A stretch of DNA of 60,826 bases, the filler included, from Dugesia japonica (Eukaryota), in NCBI GenBank assembly GCA_001938525.1. It is 6 parts of 6 records of this genome, joined end to end, with 100 filler letters (N's around TTAATTAATTAA, not from the genome) between each part and the next. Parts side by side here need not be neighbours in the genome. Positions count along the whole stretch, not along the records: positions 1 to 8,792 come from MQRL01598851.1; positions 8,893 to 18,467 come from MQRL01623925.1; 4 more parts are not named here. One strand, given 5' to 3'. The notes under the pieces were generated by a model. The model had not been told where the DNA came from, did no database searches, and saw only the letters and a program-made list of their open reading frames with translations. The position numbers and the translations under genes were made by a program. This document shows positions 1 to 14,610 of the stretch, one piece after another. Within the stretch, counting starts at the first letter, position 1. Each line of letters opens with the position of its first letter.

Positions 1-72
1 ATTACATAACAAGTATATAATAATTACATAACAATTATATAATAATTACATAACAAGTATATAATAATTACA
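1..72. repeat. 22-bp tandem repeat, about 3 copies
   Basis: attacataacaagtatataata repeated. Confidence 0.85.
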
Positions 73-702
73 TATACTTGTTTATACATATTTTAAAAGG
101 TTTGGCGAATTATTTTAGGATTTTTTGTATATTAATATTCTACTTTTATAATTACAATTATTGCGAGAATAATTGTTGAACTTAACCATTGATCGCATTT
201 GAGATATCATTAAAATAAATATATTTTGATCGAAGCTTTTTCTTTATTATAATGAAATATTCTACAGGTTTGATTAATTAAGAATTGTTTCTTCTTTTGT
301 CCTTTTTTAAATTCCATTTTCTTTACCTGATAAAATATTTTGCTTCGAAAGTGTCTATTTGCTACAAAATTAGATTTGATGAATTTTATCTAACAGATAT
401 GGTTGAACCTTTGCATTTTGAAAAATGTTTATTTGATAAACATTGCTCTATGATGAAGTAGAAAACATTTAAATTCTTGCACAAATAAACCGCAAACATT
501 TTATATTTATTTAATGCTGTTAATTTTTAATCAATAAGAATTTGCTTAAAGCGAATGACTATTTAGGGTTTTTATGGTTGGAATGAATAGAATAATTGTT
601 CCTGATGAAGATTACCCAAATATTGTGCAATGCAAAAATATTTGTTAAAGTGCAAATCAACATCAAAAACATTCAAATAACATTTCTTAAGTTTTAACCA
701 GA

Positions 703-1734
703 TAATAGGTTGCCCCAAAAGTTCGGTTACAGATTATTTTATTGAACTTAAAAATAATAGCAACTATTCAAAGTACAGTCCATCATTACTCACAACTTTC
801 TGCTATCATTCAGCAAGTTTCCGTATCTTTTAAAAGTGCCAATCTGGCTTTTGCGAATGAAAAGAATGTTAACACGCCTCTTCAACTTTATCAAATAATT
901 CAAGTAGACGACCATTCAAGAAGTGCTGCGTGGATATAAGAAGACCTCATGCAACATCTGATCTATATTTAAAAACTAGTTAGTAGTGCAAAATGCCTTC
1001 AAAGATCCACCAGATACAAATCATAACTTTCTTACCAAATAGATCTTGACGCGGAACTGACGGCGTTGTCTGACCTCGCAGAAACCAGACTTTGTTTCGA
1101 TTGTGATTGAACAGAAAGACTCACTTATTGTCCTAGGTCACAATCCGTCCCCAGAATCGATCGTTCAATAGACTACTGAGCCGTTGACCACAATTGTCTA
1201 CTTCTTTGACTGCTTGTGCTTCATTAAGGTCGTGTGGAAATAACCAAGTTGCTGAAAATGCCAATGAATTGTTTATTTGCCAGCCCCAAATTTAGATTAA
1301 AAATCGCGAATGTTTTATGATGGATTGGCTTCTAAAGAATTTTGCTAATCTCTATCATCTAACATTGACAACCGACCGGAACAAGGCTGATATGTAAGAC
1401 TTATATTGTCTGATCAAAATACATTTGACTTACAATTCCTTTGCTTTATGTATCAAAGATCTCATTTGAAGTATCTCTTGTTGAAAGTTTGCGCTTAGAG
1501 CATTATCTTATCAAAACTCGAAGCTCAATTTTAACATTTGCTATTTATGCTGTACTTATAAATAATGTATTCATATAGTATAATATTATACTTGTAATCT
1601 TTGCAACGATTAGTTTTCAATTAAATAACAATTAAGGTTAAATCAAATAAAGCATTTAAATAAAATTACGTTTGAAACAAAATATAATGATTTATATTTC
1701 GCAGTCATAATAAGACTTTTAGGACAACCTAATA
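703..1734 (-). mobile_element. Degenerate mariner DNA transposon with both TIRs
   Basis: TIRs taataggttgccccaaaagt / acttttaggacaacctaata. Minus strand gives WLFPHDL (WVPHEL-like) and KKVMICIWW remnants. Confidence 0.8.
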
Positions 1735-1909
1735 ATATTTAAAATATAGAATATAGAATTTTTTGTGAAATGATAGAATTACCTGTCACCAAAAATAGCC
1801 TGGTTTATATTTCATGCATTAAATAATTTAAGTAAATAGACAAAAAACATAAACTCATTATTTTAATTATTTGTTGTTACTACATTAATAATTATTATAA
1901 TAAGCTGCT

Positions 1910-2270
1910 GATCCATTAACAATTAGTTCTTGGTCTATTATTATTTAGTTATTGATCCATGAATAATTATTTATTATCGATCTATTATTGATTAGTTATT
2001 GAGCTATTAATTATTAGTTATTGGTCCATGAATAATTAGTTATTATCGATCTATTATTGATTAGTTATTGAGCTATTAATTATTAGTTATTGATCCATGA
2101 ATAATTAGTTATTATCGATCTATTATTGATTAGTTATTGAGCTATTAATTATTAGTAATTGGTCCATGAATAATTAGTTATTATCGATCTATTATTGATT
2201 AGTTATTGAGCTATTAATTATTGGTTATTGGTCCATGAATAATTAGTTATTGGCGTACTATTAGTTAGTT
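1910..2270. repeat. 69-bp minisatellite (about 5 copies) made of three ~23-bp related subunits
   Basis: tccatgaataatta recurs at ~69-bp spacing; attagttatt occurs 3x per unit. Confidence 0.9.
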
Positions 2271-2689
2271 GTTGATTCACATATTTAAGCAAATAATTTA
2301 TTAAATGTTTTATAGCATTGAAATTACAATTTTTTACAGAACTCTACTGGAAAACTTTAAATATTCCTTTATTTTGTCAACATTCTATGTTAATTATGAA
2401 ACTTAAATAAGTCAAAAATTATCCAATCATTAACATATCTNNNNNNNNNNNNNNNNNNNNNNNNNNNNNNNNNNNNNNNNNNNNNNNNNNNNNNNNNNNN
2501 NNNNNNNNNNNNNNNNNNNNNACAGAATAAATCGACAAATGGTCAATTAAGAACTTAATGTTCGTTTTTTACTTTCAATTTTAAAGTAAAATAATTCAAA
2601 GATAACTAAACTTTATTAGTTCAAATAGTAACCATAATCAACACATAATAATAATAATAATAGTCAACACATGCGTGTCAACAGGCAAC

Positions 2690-3596
2690 TTAGGTTTTTC
2701 ATTTCACTCGTATATAAATTCACTGCTCTGGATTCAATAAAATTACTGAAGATATTTTCGCTATAAATCTTGGTTTTTAAGATTTCTTTCTCCAGGAATA
2801 AGCAAAGTGTTTTAAAAAGTTATGGTCAGTAGATGAGATGTGGCAAACTTTCGTAGCCTAAGTCATAAGCATTGTATTGTCATTTGTGTAGCATGTTGCC
2901 AAGTATTTTCATGGAGAACAATTTGACATTTCGACCAAAACTGGACGAAAAAGTTTCAACTTTTTATGCATCCCCACGATTTCTTTACAGTACTTGACTG
3001 CTGAAATCCTTTCATGGGAAACAGAAAGTTATAATGAATAATGCCTCCAGAATACCGCCAAATGCTTACCATTACCTTCTTTGGATGAAATTTGGATTTT
3101 GGCAATTATTGTGAATCTTGGTTATGGTCCAACAACTTTGCGAAAATCTCGCAATTATCATATGTTAACCATTTATATTGCACAACACTATCCAATCAAT
3201 GAAAGTATCGTAAATATTCTGAAGAAAAAGCGACGAGCAGACTTCACAACGCCAACTATTTTTGTTTTTCACTTCAGCATTCGGTACATATTTATCGAGT
3301 TTCTTCGCCTTGTCCAATTGTTTGAGATGATTCAGAATCGCTACAAGTTCGTAAATAGTTGTGCGCGAATCTGTCTTAACTAAGTCGTTCAATTTTTAAT
3401 TATTCACGAAACTGGACGTCAACAACCTTCTGCACCGTCCAGGCTCTCATCCTCATCTGTAAAATTTTGGAACCACCTCATTATCGAGCGCTCATTTATC
3501 GTCCTTTGGCCAAATGCGTGATTGATATTTTGACTTGGCTCTGCAGCCTTGTGGTTCAATTTGTAATCGTAAATAGCATGCATTTGGTGTTTTTTT
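2690..3596 (-). mobile_element. Degenerate mariner transposase fragment
   Basis: ORF 3165-3392 LVKTDSRTTIYEL..HLKQLDKAKKLDKYVP matches the mariner HTH-to-WVPHEL linker; multiple stops and frameshifts. Confidence 0.8.
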
Positions 3597-6027
3597 NNNN
3601 NNNNNNNNNNNNNNNNNNNNNNNNNNNNNNNNNNNNNNNNNNNNNNNNNNNNNNNNNNNNNNNNNNNNNNNNNNNNNNNNNNNNNNNNNNAATTAGTATA
3701 ATTTAATAAAGTTTAGTTGTCCTTGAGTTTAAAATTTTTAAAATCACAAAGGGATATTATATTCTTACCAGCCTAATGTTTTATTTCAAAAAATCTTTGA
3801 TTGCGAATGTACATTGATTCCTAGATTTGCACAAAAATTGCTTCCAAATAAAACTGATGCAAATTAAAACGATTAAAATCGAAACGTTTTATTTTATCTT
3901 TTTTCAGATTATTTCCCAAGAAAATAAAAAAATAATTTTTTAAATTAAAGTTTATTCAATTTAGAAAACAAGAATCCATTTTTTGTAAGTATTTGAAATG
4001 AAATTTATTGAACTTTATATCACACTTAATGGAGAACAAAACTTTATCTGATTAGGAAATATCCATGACTCTATATAGCTTTCATTTAATTAGGAATTTA
4101 TCGTGGGACTGACCATTAAAAATATAAAGATTATTACCTGATGGAATGTTTTAATTAGAAAGACTTGCTTTTACACAATTTCTAGTTTTATCTCGGGAAT
4201 CATTAAGAAAATTTTCGTTTACAGTTTCTTACAAAGTTTAACCTTTCTATTACACATAATGGAGAACAAAACTTATTAGGAAATATCTAGGACTCTGTAT
4301 AGGACTTTAGGACTTTAACATTTCTTTTATAGTTTCTGCATAACATATCAAACTTTATTATGACCTTTTCAATGGTACCAAATATTCGATGTTTTTCTCT
4401 CTTTTAAGCACTGATAAAGAAATTTCTTTTCTAATTGTGAACAACAATCTGGAAGTTATTAACGACAATATGTTTTACTGAAAATGAAAGAGTCGTTTGT
4501 GAATATCCAGTATTTGATCGAGAATATAGCTTGATTTTACATACATAAATGTATTTCTAATGAGAAATAGAAATTTTAAAATTTTTACATTCTTTTCTAA
4601 TTATTTCTAAATTCTTTGTGTTAAATTTTAAATTTCTTGACTTGCACTTTTTTCTTACTTTAGTTTCTTAGCCACATTTCTTTTTTGACAGATGCACATT
4701 AGTCAAGATTGTGTTACTTTTTCCAAATCTGCAAATCGAGATGATGCAAATTTCATATGCACAATTCGTGGCCTAATGTAGGTGGCCGGCGTGACACAAA
4801 AATCTATGGATTTTCTCGGTGTATTTGAAAATTACATTATTGTGTTGCTAAAAGATAAATAAAACGTAAGAATTATTAATAAAATACGGCTTAAAATATT
4901 GTGATTTCATTAAAATAAAGAAAAAGCTTCGTTCAAAAACAAATGTACTTTTTTTAAATATTCAAAATTTTTACAATTGACTTTATTAGTTAAATTCAAA
5001 ATTTCAAAACTCTCCATAAATTTTTATTGATTATTTACAAGTTTTTTATTTAAATGAAAAAATGATGAAGAACAATTCACAGTATTCAAACAAATAATCT
5101 GAGAAATTTTAATAAAATAGCTTTTTTAAAAATATCGATTTTCCTTTTTAAAATATTTTATATATCATAATTTTATAAAACAATTTTTATAATTTCAAAA
5201 TTTTACATAATATAAAATATCGATCCTGAGTTAAAAAACCATTTAATATCATAAAACAATTTTTATAATTTTTTATAATATAAAATATCTATTTTGATTT
5301 TTAAATAATTTAATTTCATAAAACACTTTATAATTTTTAAAAATTTATCTTAACTTTTTTCAATAATATTTGAAAGTTTCAGAAATAAATTTAAAATTAT
5401 ATATAAAAATTAAAAAATCTCAGACATTTGAAATCCATGAATCGTCCTTACGGTCTTCTACAGGAATATGAGGAAGACAATTATTGAAAATTTGAATATT
5501 TATAAAAAAACATTTTATTTTGATCGAAACTTTTTGTTTATTTTAATGAAATCTGAAATGCGATCAATGGTTAACTGCCCAACAATTATTCTCGTCATAA
5601 TTGTAATTTTAACATATTATATTTAATTAATTTTTTCTTTAAAATCAAAATTGAATTTTCAATTTTAAATCAGTTTGATTTTTAATCAATATTTTTGTAA
5701 ATTTTGCATAAGTAATACAATCCGTTACACTTTGAACATTACCGAAAATACGTTTTTCACGCAAATTAACAATGACACAATTTAATATTGACAGAAGTTG
5801 TTTTGTACTTGATTACCAATAATGTTTTTCTATCTATTGATTATCGCATAATTAAAAGAATTTGATAAAAATATTTGTAAATATTTTTTTTATTGATGCT
5901 ATAGTTATGGCTTAATACAATTTTATATTTTTTTTTAATAAACCAAGTGGTTAAGTTCGGTTGCCCAGTTATTTGTCGATGAAAATACAATTTTCATTAT
6001 TGTATATTATTATGATTTTCGCTTTAG

Positions 6028-6806
6028 AGGTAGCGAAGAATTTTGGGATTTACATCAACCCTGTGTAGATATCATAAACTCGACTCTTGGAAAAGCAATG
6101 GGTGGAACAATGGGAGGTTACACCGTTGGATCCAAGAGTTTAATTGATATGCTTCGACAGAAATCAAGACCATATTTATTTTCTAATACTTTGCCACCAA
6201 GTGTTGTGGCAGCATCAATTAAAGCTCTGGATTTGATAATAAATGACAATGATGGATTACTGGATAAACTACGTGAAAATACACATCGATTTCGAACTGA
6301 AATGACAAACCTCGGATTCAATATAATGGTTGATATTTATTTATGTTTATAAAGAGTATGCATATTTTATAAACAATCACAATAGTTATACTTTAACGAG
6401 AATGTCTAATTAGTCAATTTATCACTCCAAATTATTTATCATTTCACTTAAGTCTTCATAAAAATCAAATATCTTTATTGATATTTTTTGCGAAATTATT
6501 GACAAAATTAATTAGGGCGATAAATCTCATCCAATTTGTCCTGTGCTGTTAGGTGATGCCAAATTGGCAAGCGAATTTGCAGAAAATATGCTTAGTAAGT
6601 AGTGGGGTATTATGGAATTGATATTAAGTTAATAAATCAATCGGTTTACAGAAAAAGGGATCTATGTAATTGGATTTAGTTATCCCGTTGTTCCGAAAGA
6701 TAGAGCGAGAATAAGAGTGCAAATTTCAGCGGTTCACACAACTGAGCAAATTAACAAAGCAATTGATGCATTCAAACAAGTTGGATCTGATTTAAAAGTT
6801 ATTTAA
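6028..6806 (+). CDS. GCAT: 2-amino-3-ketobutyrate CoA ligase (glycine C-acetyltransferase), last 3 exons: 6028-6328, 6516-6594, 6652-6806; 5' exons not seen in window
   Basis: Spliced translation reads RGSEEFWD..DIINSTLGKAMGGTMGGY..LRQKSRPYLFSNTLPP..GFNIM|GDKSHPICPVLLGDAKLA..ML|KKGIYVIGFSYPVVPKDRARIRVQISAVH..KVI*. It contains the PLP-lysine motif STLGKA. GT-AG introns 6329-6515 and 6595-6651 preserve the frame. Confidence 0.95.
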
Positions 6807-8836
6807 TAATAATAATTACAAAACGAACATTTTTCATTTTTTTAATTTTTTATGGGAAAATTTGAAAAATTTACTATTTTGTTATTTAATTTTCTTTTAA
6901 TTTATTTAAATATAATTATGGTATTTTACTTTCCGTAGTGACATCATTACTATTATAATGGAACATGGGCTGTCGACTCAATCAGGTAAAGTTTTATTAA
7001 AAATATTTATAGACAAAACCAAATAATAATTAAATTATTTACAAATTAATCAAATACATCGTCTCCATCATTGTTCAAGAATTACTTCCATTTCTCAACC
7101 AATTTGTTGATGCCGTTTCGCCAGAAATCGCCTTGTCGGGTCTCTAAGAACTTCTTGTATTTCTAAGATCATAAATATCAAGACTGTCCGATATCTTGTA
7201 ATAATATCTTGCAAAATATCAAGACTGCCCCATCTCTTACATAAATAAATTAATTTAATTAAATTTGATTTAATAAATTGTTTCAAAATTAAAGAAAAAA
7301 TTTTGAAAAGTACAAAATAATAATGTGTTCCAAATACAATCCATTATTATCTGTGGTCTTTTGCTAACTTTCACTCAATTCTAATTAAGGCTCTAATTAC
7401 AATTTCTTTCTCCATTTTCTTTAACCTAAAAAGGTATGAATAATTTAAATCGATGAAACATAAATATGAACACGAAATATACGATAATATATGTCAAACA
7501 TACATTTATNNNNNNNNNNNNNNNNNNNNNNNNNNNNNNNNNNNNNNNNNNNNNNNNNNTATTATCTGTGGTCTTCTGCTAACTTTCACTCAATTCTAAT
7601 TAAGGCTCTAATTACAATTTCTTTCTCCATTTTCTTTAACCTAAAAAGGCATGAATAATTTAAATCGATGAAACATAAATATAAACACGAAATATACGAT
7701 AATATTTGTCAAACATACATTTATTTGAAAAATAATACATGATTTTGTGATAGAAATTAAATAGATAAAAAAGAGTTTAATAAGTATTGGCGAACATATA
7801 TAAATCAATCATAGACAGTTTCAGGCCATTTAGTACTTAATTCTTAATTGAAATTATCAAACATTAAGTTCATACATAAAATTAAATTTTTTAATCGGTC
7901 ACGTAAGTAGATGGATACTAGCGCACTGGAACAGCACCCCCCCCCTCTTATTATCTTTATCAATTGAACGGAATAATTACTTCTCATAGAATTGTTACAA
8001 ACTATAGATCAAATTTGCTGTACGTAAATTGCCTATACATATCATATATATATATATATATATATATATGATCAAAACAGGTGTAATTAGTGTACTCCGA
8101 TTTATTTATTTTCTACACATATTGTTACTTATTTGAGCTTCGAACATATTACGTAAATGAATGTCTATCTATATAAATTGTAAATTATTACTTTTTAACT
8201 ATAAATTTGATCAATAGTTTCTAATAATTCTATAAGAAGTAATTATTCTTTACAATTATTAAGGATAATGACTCAAATAATAACTGTAAAAAGATACATA
8301 AAATGGTAATAATAGTTACACAGGTATTGATAAGGTGAATAATAATTTCTCTAATATTCTCTAACNNNNNNNNNNNNNNNNNNNNNNNNNNNNNNNNNNN
8401 NNNNNNNNNNNNNNNNNNNNNNNNNNNNNNNNNNNNNNNNNNNNNNNNNNNNNNCATATAATAATGGTAGCAATATAGTCATTGGTAGCGAAGAATATAG
8501 CATTTTTCCTATTTTCCAAGAGTATTCGTTATGTATTATAGTAACTAGTAGCAACTGGTCACTCAAATTTCATGAAAAATGATTACTCAATATTTTTATT
8601 CAGCTTATGTGTTTCATAATTAAGAGTTACCATGTATCCTTTTCCAGAAAATATACATCCTTCATGATCTGTTCACGGTTTTGCATGCTCTCCCTCCTTT
8701 TACTCATCTACTCCCCTGCTTGCACATCCGGTTTCTGTGTTCCTTCTTTTCTTTAAATACCAAATAATCAGTTTCATTGTTAATAAAATCAANNNNNNNN
8801 NNNNNNNNNNNNNNNNNNNNNNNNNNNNNNNNNNNN

Positions 8837-8848
8837 TTAATTAATTAA
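8837..8848. other. Artificial contig-joining linker TTAATTAATTAA (also 18512-18523, 27909-27920, 40840-40851, 50727-50738)
   Basis: Identical six-frame-stop 12-mer embedded in N runs five times. Confidence 0.95.
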
Positions 8849-8892
8849 NNNNNNNNNNNNNNNNNNNNNNNNNNNNNNNNNNNNNNNNNNNN

Positions 8893-8955
<63 letters not shown>
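8893..8955. repeat. (TTA)n microsatellite
   Basis: perfect tta run next to a gap. Confidence 0.95.
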
Positions 8956-8956
<1 letters not shown>

Positions 8957-11579
8957 AGAATATTTTTTTAATTTTGTTTTAGAATGCAGTTAGATTTAAA
9001 CATATTTTAATAATATGTAAATATTTATAAATGTTTTCCACAATAAATTTATAAATTGTCACTTACTAATAATCATTTAATCGTAAACTTAATTTATATT
9101 ACTAAATGTTATGGAAATAAAATTGAAAGATGTAAAATTTGTTTGTGAAATATTAATATCAAAGAAATTAGTTATTTTAATAAATATTTTCAATTTCCAA
9201 TACTGTTCTGAAAATGATTTTCCTCAATTTTTTAAAAGGTTTTTTGATATAAGAATTAATTCAGTAGAAAATAAAAAAGATAGTTTAGGGAATATTTAAT
9301 GAGGCATATTATTGCATATAACGATTACTTTATAATACATATCTATATTTACGAAACAAATCTGTTAATAATTTAAAAACTTTTATTTTACAGAACTTAT
9401 GACGACCTTAATACGTTTTACATTATGTTAAGGTTTTGCTCATTATGACTAATGTTGACATTCTACTAAAACAAACTAAAGGGTTAATATTTCAGGAATT
9501 TAAGTTGACCTTTAAGAACCTACTAGAATTGTAATCCAATGTCTTTGGCTAGACTTTCAAAGCAAATTTAATAATTTATAACATCAAATCACAAAATACT
9601 GTTATTGTCTTTTCTCATTATTGCTGAAATTCAAGCGATTGTTATTGAGTTCCTACCCAGCCTTATATTCTGAAATCCATATCTAGAGCCTTGATCATTG
9701 ATGTATGGTTGTTTTATTTGTCCTCGGGAATCAGTTACTTTTAAATTTCATACGCCGCGGATGGAAAGTTTAGAAATTGTTTATTTTTAATAATAATAAT
9801 AGCTCACTAAAAAATCATTGTACATTTATCATCTAACAATATTAAAATTCAGATTTTGTGACTAGATTGATTTGAACCAGCATTCATAATGAAGAGTATG
9901 TCAAAATATTGAAAAATCAATGAAAATAGAAAAACTACAATTTGTATCGTTATGTTTTGAAAGATTTTATTTGATAAATACAAATCAATTGTTAACAAGT
10001 GAAAACATTTATTTTACTGCTGGCGCAAATTAACCGAAAACATTTTTAGTAAATTAAATTAATTTCTTAACCAATGAAAATTGGTTTTAATCAAATTAAT
10101 TCGAATTGTATTTTCATTAAGATTTTGTAATCAGAATAAGTTTAACAATGTATGATAAATAGAAAAACAATAATTTTTATTTTTGCATTTTAAAAACTTT
10201 TCTTTAATAATAAAGTTATAACATATTCAATTGTACTATCTTTAACTTTTAACCAAATATTCTAAATAAGAAAAATAATTAGTAAATAGAATAAAGGCAT
10301 CTTCTTATAAACACGACTTAGTATAAAAATTTGAAGATCTTGTAGATAGACATATGGCTGATGTAAACTTAATATCATATTAATTTATATTAATTTATGA
10401 ATTAATATATTAATTTAATATATTACTTTAATTGTCTTTTCTATATTAATAAATGCGTATTGATAAACTTAGTATTATTGATTCAATTATTGAAACGTCA
10501 ATGAGTGTTTCAACTATGACATTTAACGAAGGAGACATGGTATTTATAGATAAATTTATTCAAATATTGGAAAAAAACTCATAAGATTTTACTGTAATCA
10601 ATAAAAAATAATTGGAATGAAAATAATAATACAAGAAATAATTACAAATTGCTAAATCGTTTAAACTTGTTGTAAATTACTCTTTGATTTTACTAAATAT
10701 GTTAATACACAGAGAAAAATTATTAGAAAAAATTATCTAAATATAAAATAATTTTTCAAAATATATTTTATTAATTTTTGAAAATATAATTCTAAAATGT
10801 TAAACATTAATAAATAATTATATTAATAAAAAATATTTGATTGATTTTAATGCATCAATTTAAATAACATTGAAAAGTAAGTAAAGCATAAATAAGTATG
10901 TGTGTGATTAAAAATTTGGAAAATCCAAATGTTTAGTAACAATAAATTTCTTAATAGTGACTGTCTTTGAAAATCCAAATAAAAATTGCATGTGTTGTGT
11001 GTTATATTTTATGACTACGATTGTTTGTACGAGTTTGTATGTTAGAAAATCAGTATAAATACTAATTACAACTTAGTTGTCTCACACAATTGTAAAAGAT
11101 AAAAATTTTGAAAGCCCTGTAGTAGTCGTATTAATAATTATTTCAAGAAACATATTAATTTGATTTCTGGTGAAATTTTATTTTATCCCTCGACTCACCC
11201 TTATTTGATTTTGAGTCAGATAATTTGTTGATATTTATTAGACAACAATTTTCTTGAGGGTTTGAGCTATTGTTGTCTGAAATTTATATTATTATTTCGG
11301 TTGCGATCTCAGGTTATGTGTGTACTCCACCATAATTAATGAGCCTAAAAAAGAACTAAACTAAAGAATTAAAAATCATTTTAGTAGTGGATCAGAAATA
11401 TGAGAAGACATATTAAATTTCACTTTGTTCGAGATCAAAAATAGAGTTAACTAAACATTTATTGTTGTAGATTACATTGTCCAGTAACAAGACAAATCAA
11501 TTTATCGGAACGTGGCAATATAATATGCAAAACTGACAAATCAAAATAAAAAAAATGAGAATAATATAAATAGCTATTT

Positions 11580-12848
11580 TAATGCCTAAGAGATGCCCAG
11601 GGCAAAACGGAGCTAACTGTAAAAAAGTATTAGTTGCTCAATATGGAGGAAATCCTGCAAAGTTTATTGAGTTCATAAAATATTATCATGTGTAAAGTCA
11701 AACTTGTGGATGGTCAGAACAGATCATGATTTTAAAGTTGTCAATATATTTATCTAATTTCGTTATGTCATTAATTTATAATGCTTATTAATGATCCCTT
11801 ATCTAAACTGTTTTAATAAACATGGAAAAGTACGATATTCGAACCATTAATTTTGCATTCACTTCTGAAACTGTTAATCAAAGTATGGTGCAGCTTTAGT
11901 TTGAACAGTTTCATCAAGAAGATGTGACCCTTAAAAATGAGAATACTTGTACAGTAGACGATTTACTCTTAGGAAAAATCATAAAGCTTACTTCACCGGT
12001 AATTGACAATAGACAAAAAAAGAAAATAATCGAAGCTATCCTATCCAAAACCACCAAAGAAGTTGCAGAAGAACTCAGTGTCGACTATTTATTATTACTT
12101 TACCATTTAAATCAAACAAGAAAGATGAAAAATGGATAATTAGATGCGACACGAGCTGTGCAAAAAACAAAGAAATCGTCATTTTGAAAGGTCCTCTACA
12201 TGGACATTTCTTGTTCGAATCATGATATGCAATGAGAAATGAATGGTTTGGGACAATTGGTAACATTTGGTACAATGGATGGAAAATGATGAAGCTCTGA
12301 AACATTTCCAATAGTCTAAAAGCCAAATTTACACCAAGAAATATTATGTTGACTGTTTGGAGATCTACGACCGACTTGACAGTTTTTTAAATCCAAGTAA
12401 AATATATGTCTCATAGAAACACTGTTAACAGAAATACATGGGAAATTGCAACATATCAAACAGGTATTAACCAACAGAAAGGGTGCAATTATCTTGAATA
12501 AAAATGCTCGTCCATGCATTGCGCAAAGAACGCAGCAGAAACTAAACGAGTTGAGCTACAAAATTTTGCCTCATCCCTATATTCACTAGACCTATCGCCA
12601 ACAAACTTCCGTTTCTATAAGCACCTACACAACTTCTTGCAGAAAAGTAGCTTAAAACCAAGCTGATGCAGAAACAGCCTTGTTTCCAGAAACTTAAACA
12701 TTTGCTTAAAAATTATCAATAAACTTGTTGCGCGTTGGCAGAAATGTATTGAATCTGTTGGTTTTTATTTTAATCAATAAAGTTTATTTTGAGTTACAGC
12801 GTTTTTATTTTTATCAAAAAACTATATTAGTTTTGCACAAATCTAATA
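11580..12848 (+). mobile_element. Degenerate mariner element
   Basis: KTTKEVAEELSVD, WMRHEL, PHPYSLDLSPTNF (YSPDLAPSDF-like) remnants; 3' TIR ttttgcacaaatctaata. Confidence 0.85.
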
Positions 12849-14121
12849 TTTTATTAGAAAATCAATCGATATTATTAAACATTATCCTAAATAAACTCCA
12901 TGAAATAAAATATAGATAGAAATTCTTAATCACATTAACAAGATTAATAGAATTTCAAAACTTCAAACTTTCAGACATTTTTAAACCATCTAATAGAATT
13001 TTAATCCTCTGTTACATAATAGGAAATCCATTACACATTCAAAACAAATTTAAAGTTTATGTTTGTTTACTATTTTTATAAATTAATCTATTTAAACAAG
13101 TAATTTAAATTTATTAATATTTATTAGAAATAATTCAAAATTTTATTAATGTTTTCTTTAAAATAGTTTTTCTAATTTATTTCTATAAAAGAAAAATTGA
13201 AAATTTTCATATCATAAATTTTATGTTTATTTTCTGTGCTCAGCAACATGGTTTCTCATGGGATTGATGCTTTCTAGTGACACACCATCGAAACAATTAG
13301 TTAACAAAATTTATAAGATCATTAAATTTAAAAAAAAACAATATTTTAATTTATATATTAAATTATAACAAAAGTTTCCGATTTTCTTCTGGAATGTCAA
13401 CCGGCAAATAACGTAATAAAAAATTCATGAATAATTAATTCTAAGTTATGAAATTTAAAATTTTCAATTAAATGTTTTTTTGTTTTAATTATAACTTCTC
13501 TGTGTACAAGATTAAATACAACATGAATTAGTTTGTAATTTACCTGGAACTAGAAATTTATTTTTATGAAAGAAAAATGTAATTAAATAGAAACAAAAAA
13601 ATGAAGATTTCAATAGTTAAGAAACCTCTTTATCAGTTTTGAACAATTGAAAATTCATAAAAGGAATGAGGTTTAAAATGTTTTTGATTGAAATTCAACT
13701 AAAACAAAGAAATTCATTTGCAGAATACATGTAAATATGTATAAAATAAACGCCTCGTTAAAACAAATCACGTATTAGAAAAAATAAATCATTGGTAGTG
13801 CGGAGACAGTAGTTTTGAATTTGTAAAGTTAAATTAACAAATTACAANTATTTCACTTTTTTAATGAAAATCAAGTTAAAATTTTTTCTTTCAAATTTCT
13901 TTCAAATGAATTTTAGAAAAAGTTATAAATATTTTTTAAACTAAAAGCTTTCAATAATAAAAAAAACAGATGTTTAAAAGAACTGTTTTATAAGCAGTAT
14001 CAGAATTCAATTTAATTTTAACAATATATTTTAATATTTTTTACCTTTTAACAATTTCAAATTAGATTTTCTTTCTGTAATTTTCTACCTTAAAAAATAA
14101 AATAATGAATTTATAATGAAA

Positions 14122-14610
14122 TACAGGGTTTTCAAATTTAAGGTTACATTTTATATTTTCAAAAAAAGAAGCTAAAGGTATGAAATGTAGCAATATATTT
14201 ATTTACAATGATAGTATATATATTCCGGTTTACAAATAAAAAAGAATGTCATGTAAGTGACCTCCGGCTGCTTCATAGCAAGCTTCCATTATTTTACAAA
14301 AGTTTTTTATGACATTTTGGCACAACTGGGGCTTAATTTCACCAAGGATGATGTTCACTTTAAGATCAACAATTGTTTGAGGAATACTAATATACACCGT
14401 TTCCTTTAAATAACCCCAAAAGAAAAAATTTAGAGACATTAAATCGCAGAATCTGGGCGGCCAATTAATGTTTGCATTTCGAGAATTTAATCTTAACACC
14501 ATAACACCACCCGCCCAAAAACCACACTAAATGAATGGAATTCCATCCACACAAAACAAAAATAAATGGAATTAAATGTAAAATGTAACCTTAATTTTCG
14601 AATTTTCTGT
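14122..14610 (-). mobile_element. Internally deleted Tc1/mariner element, with a second 5'-end fragment at 14717-14778 in opposite orientation
   Basis: WPPRFCDLMSLNFFFWGYLKETVY motif; TIRs tacaggg..ttaaggttaca / tgtaaccttaa..ctgt. Confidence 0.85.

Noticed and set aside
1910-2270. CRISPR-like array
   Set aside because: Units are wholly repeated with no unique spacers, there are no cas genes, and the context is eukaryotic
5970-5990. FVDE-like sequence as an upstream GCAT exon
   Set aside because: It does not continue as the expected DECHATG motif and has no suitable donor site
7346-7723. Direct duplication flanking a gap (also ~16000-16148 and 43785-45631)
   Set aside because: Near-identical sequence on either side of N gaps is typical of unmerged overlaps or haplotypes
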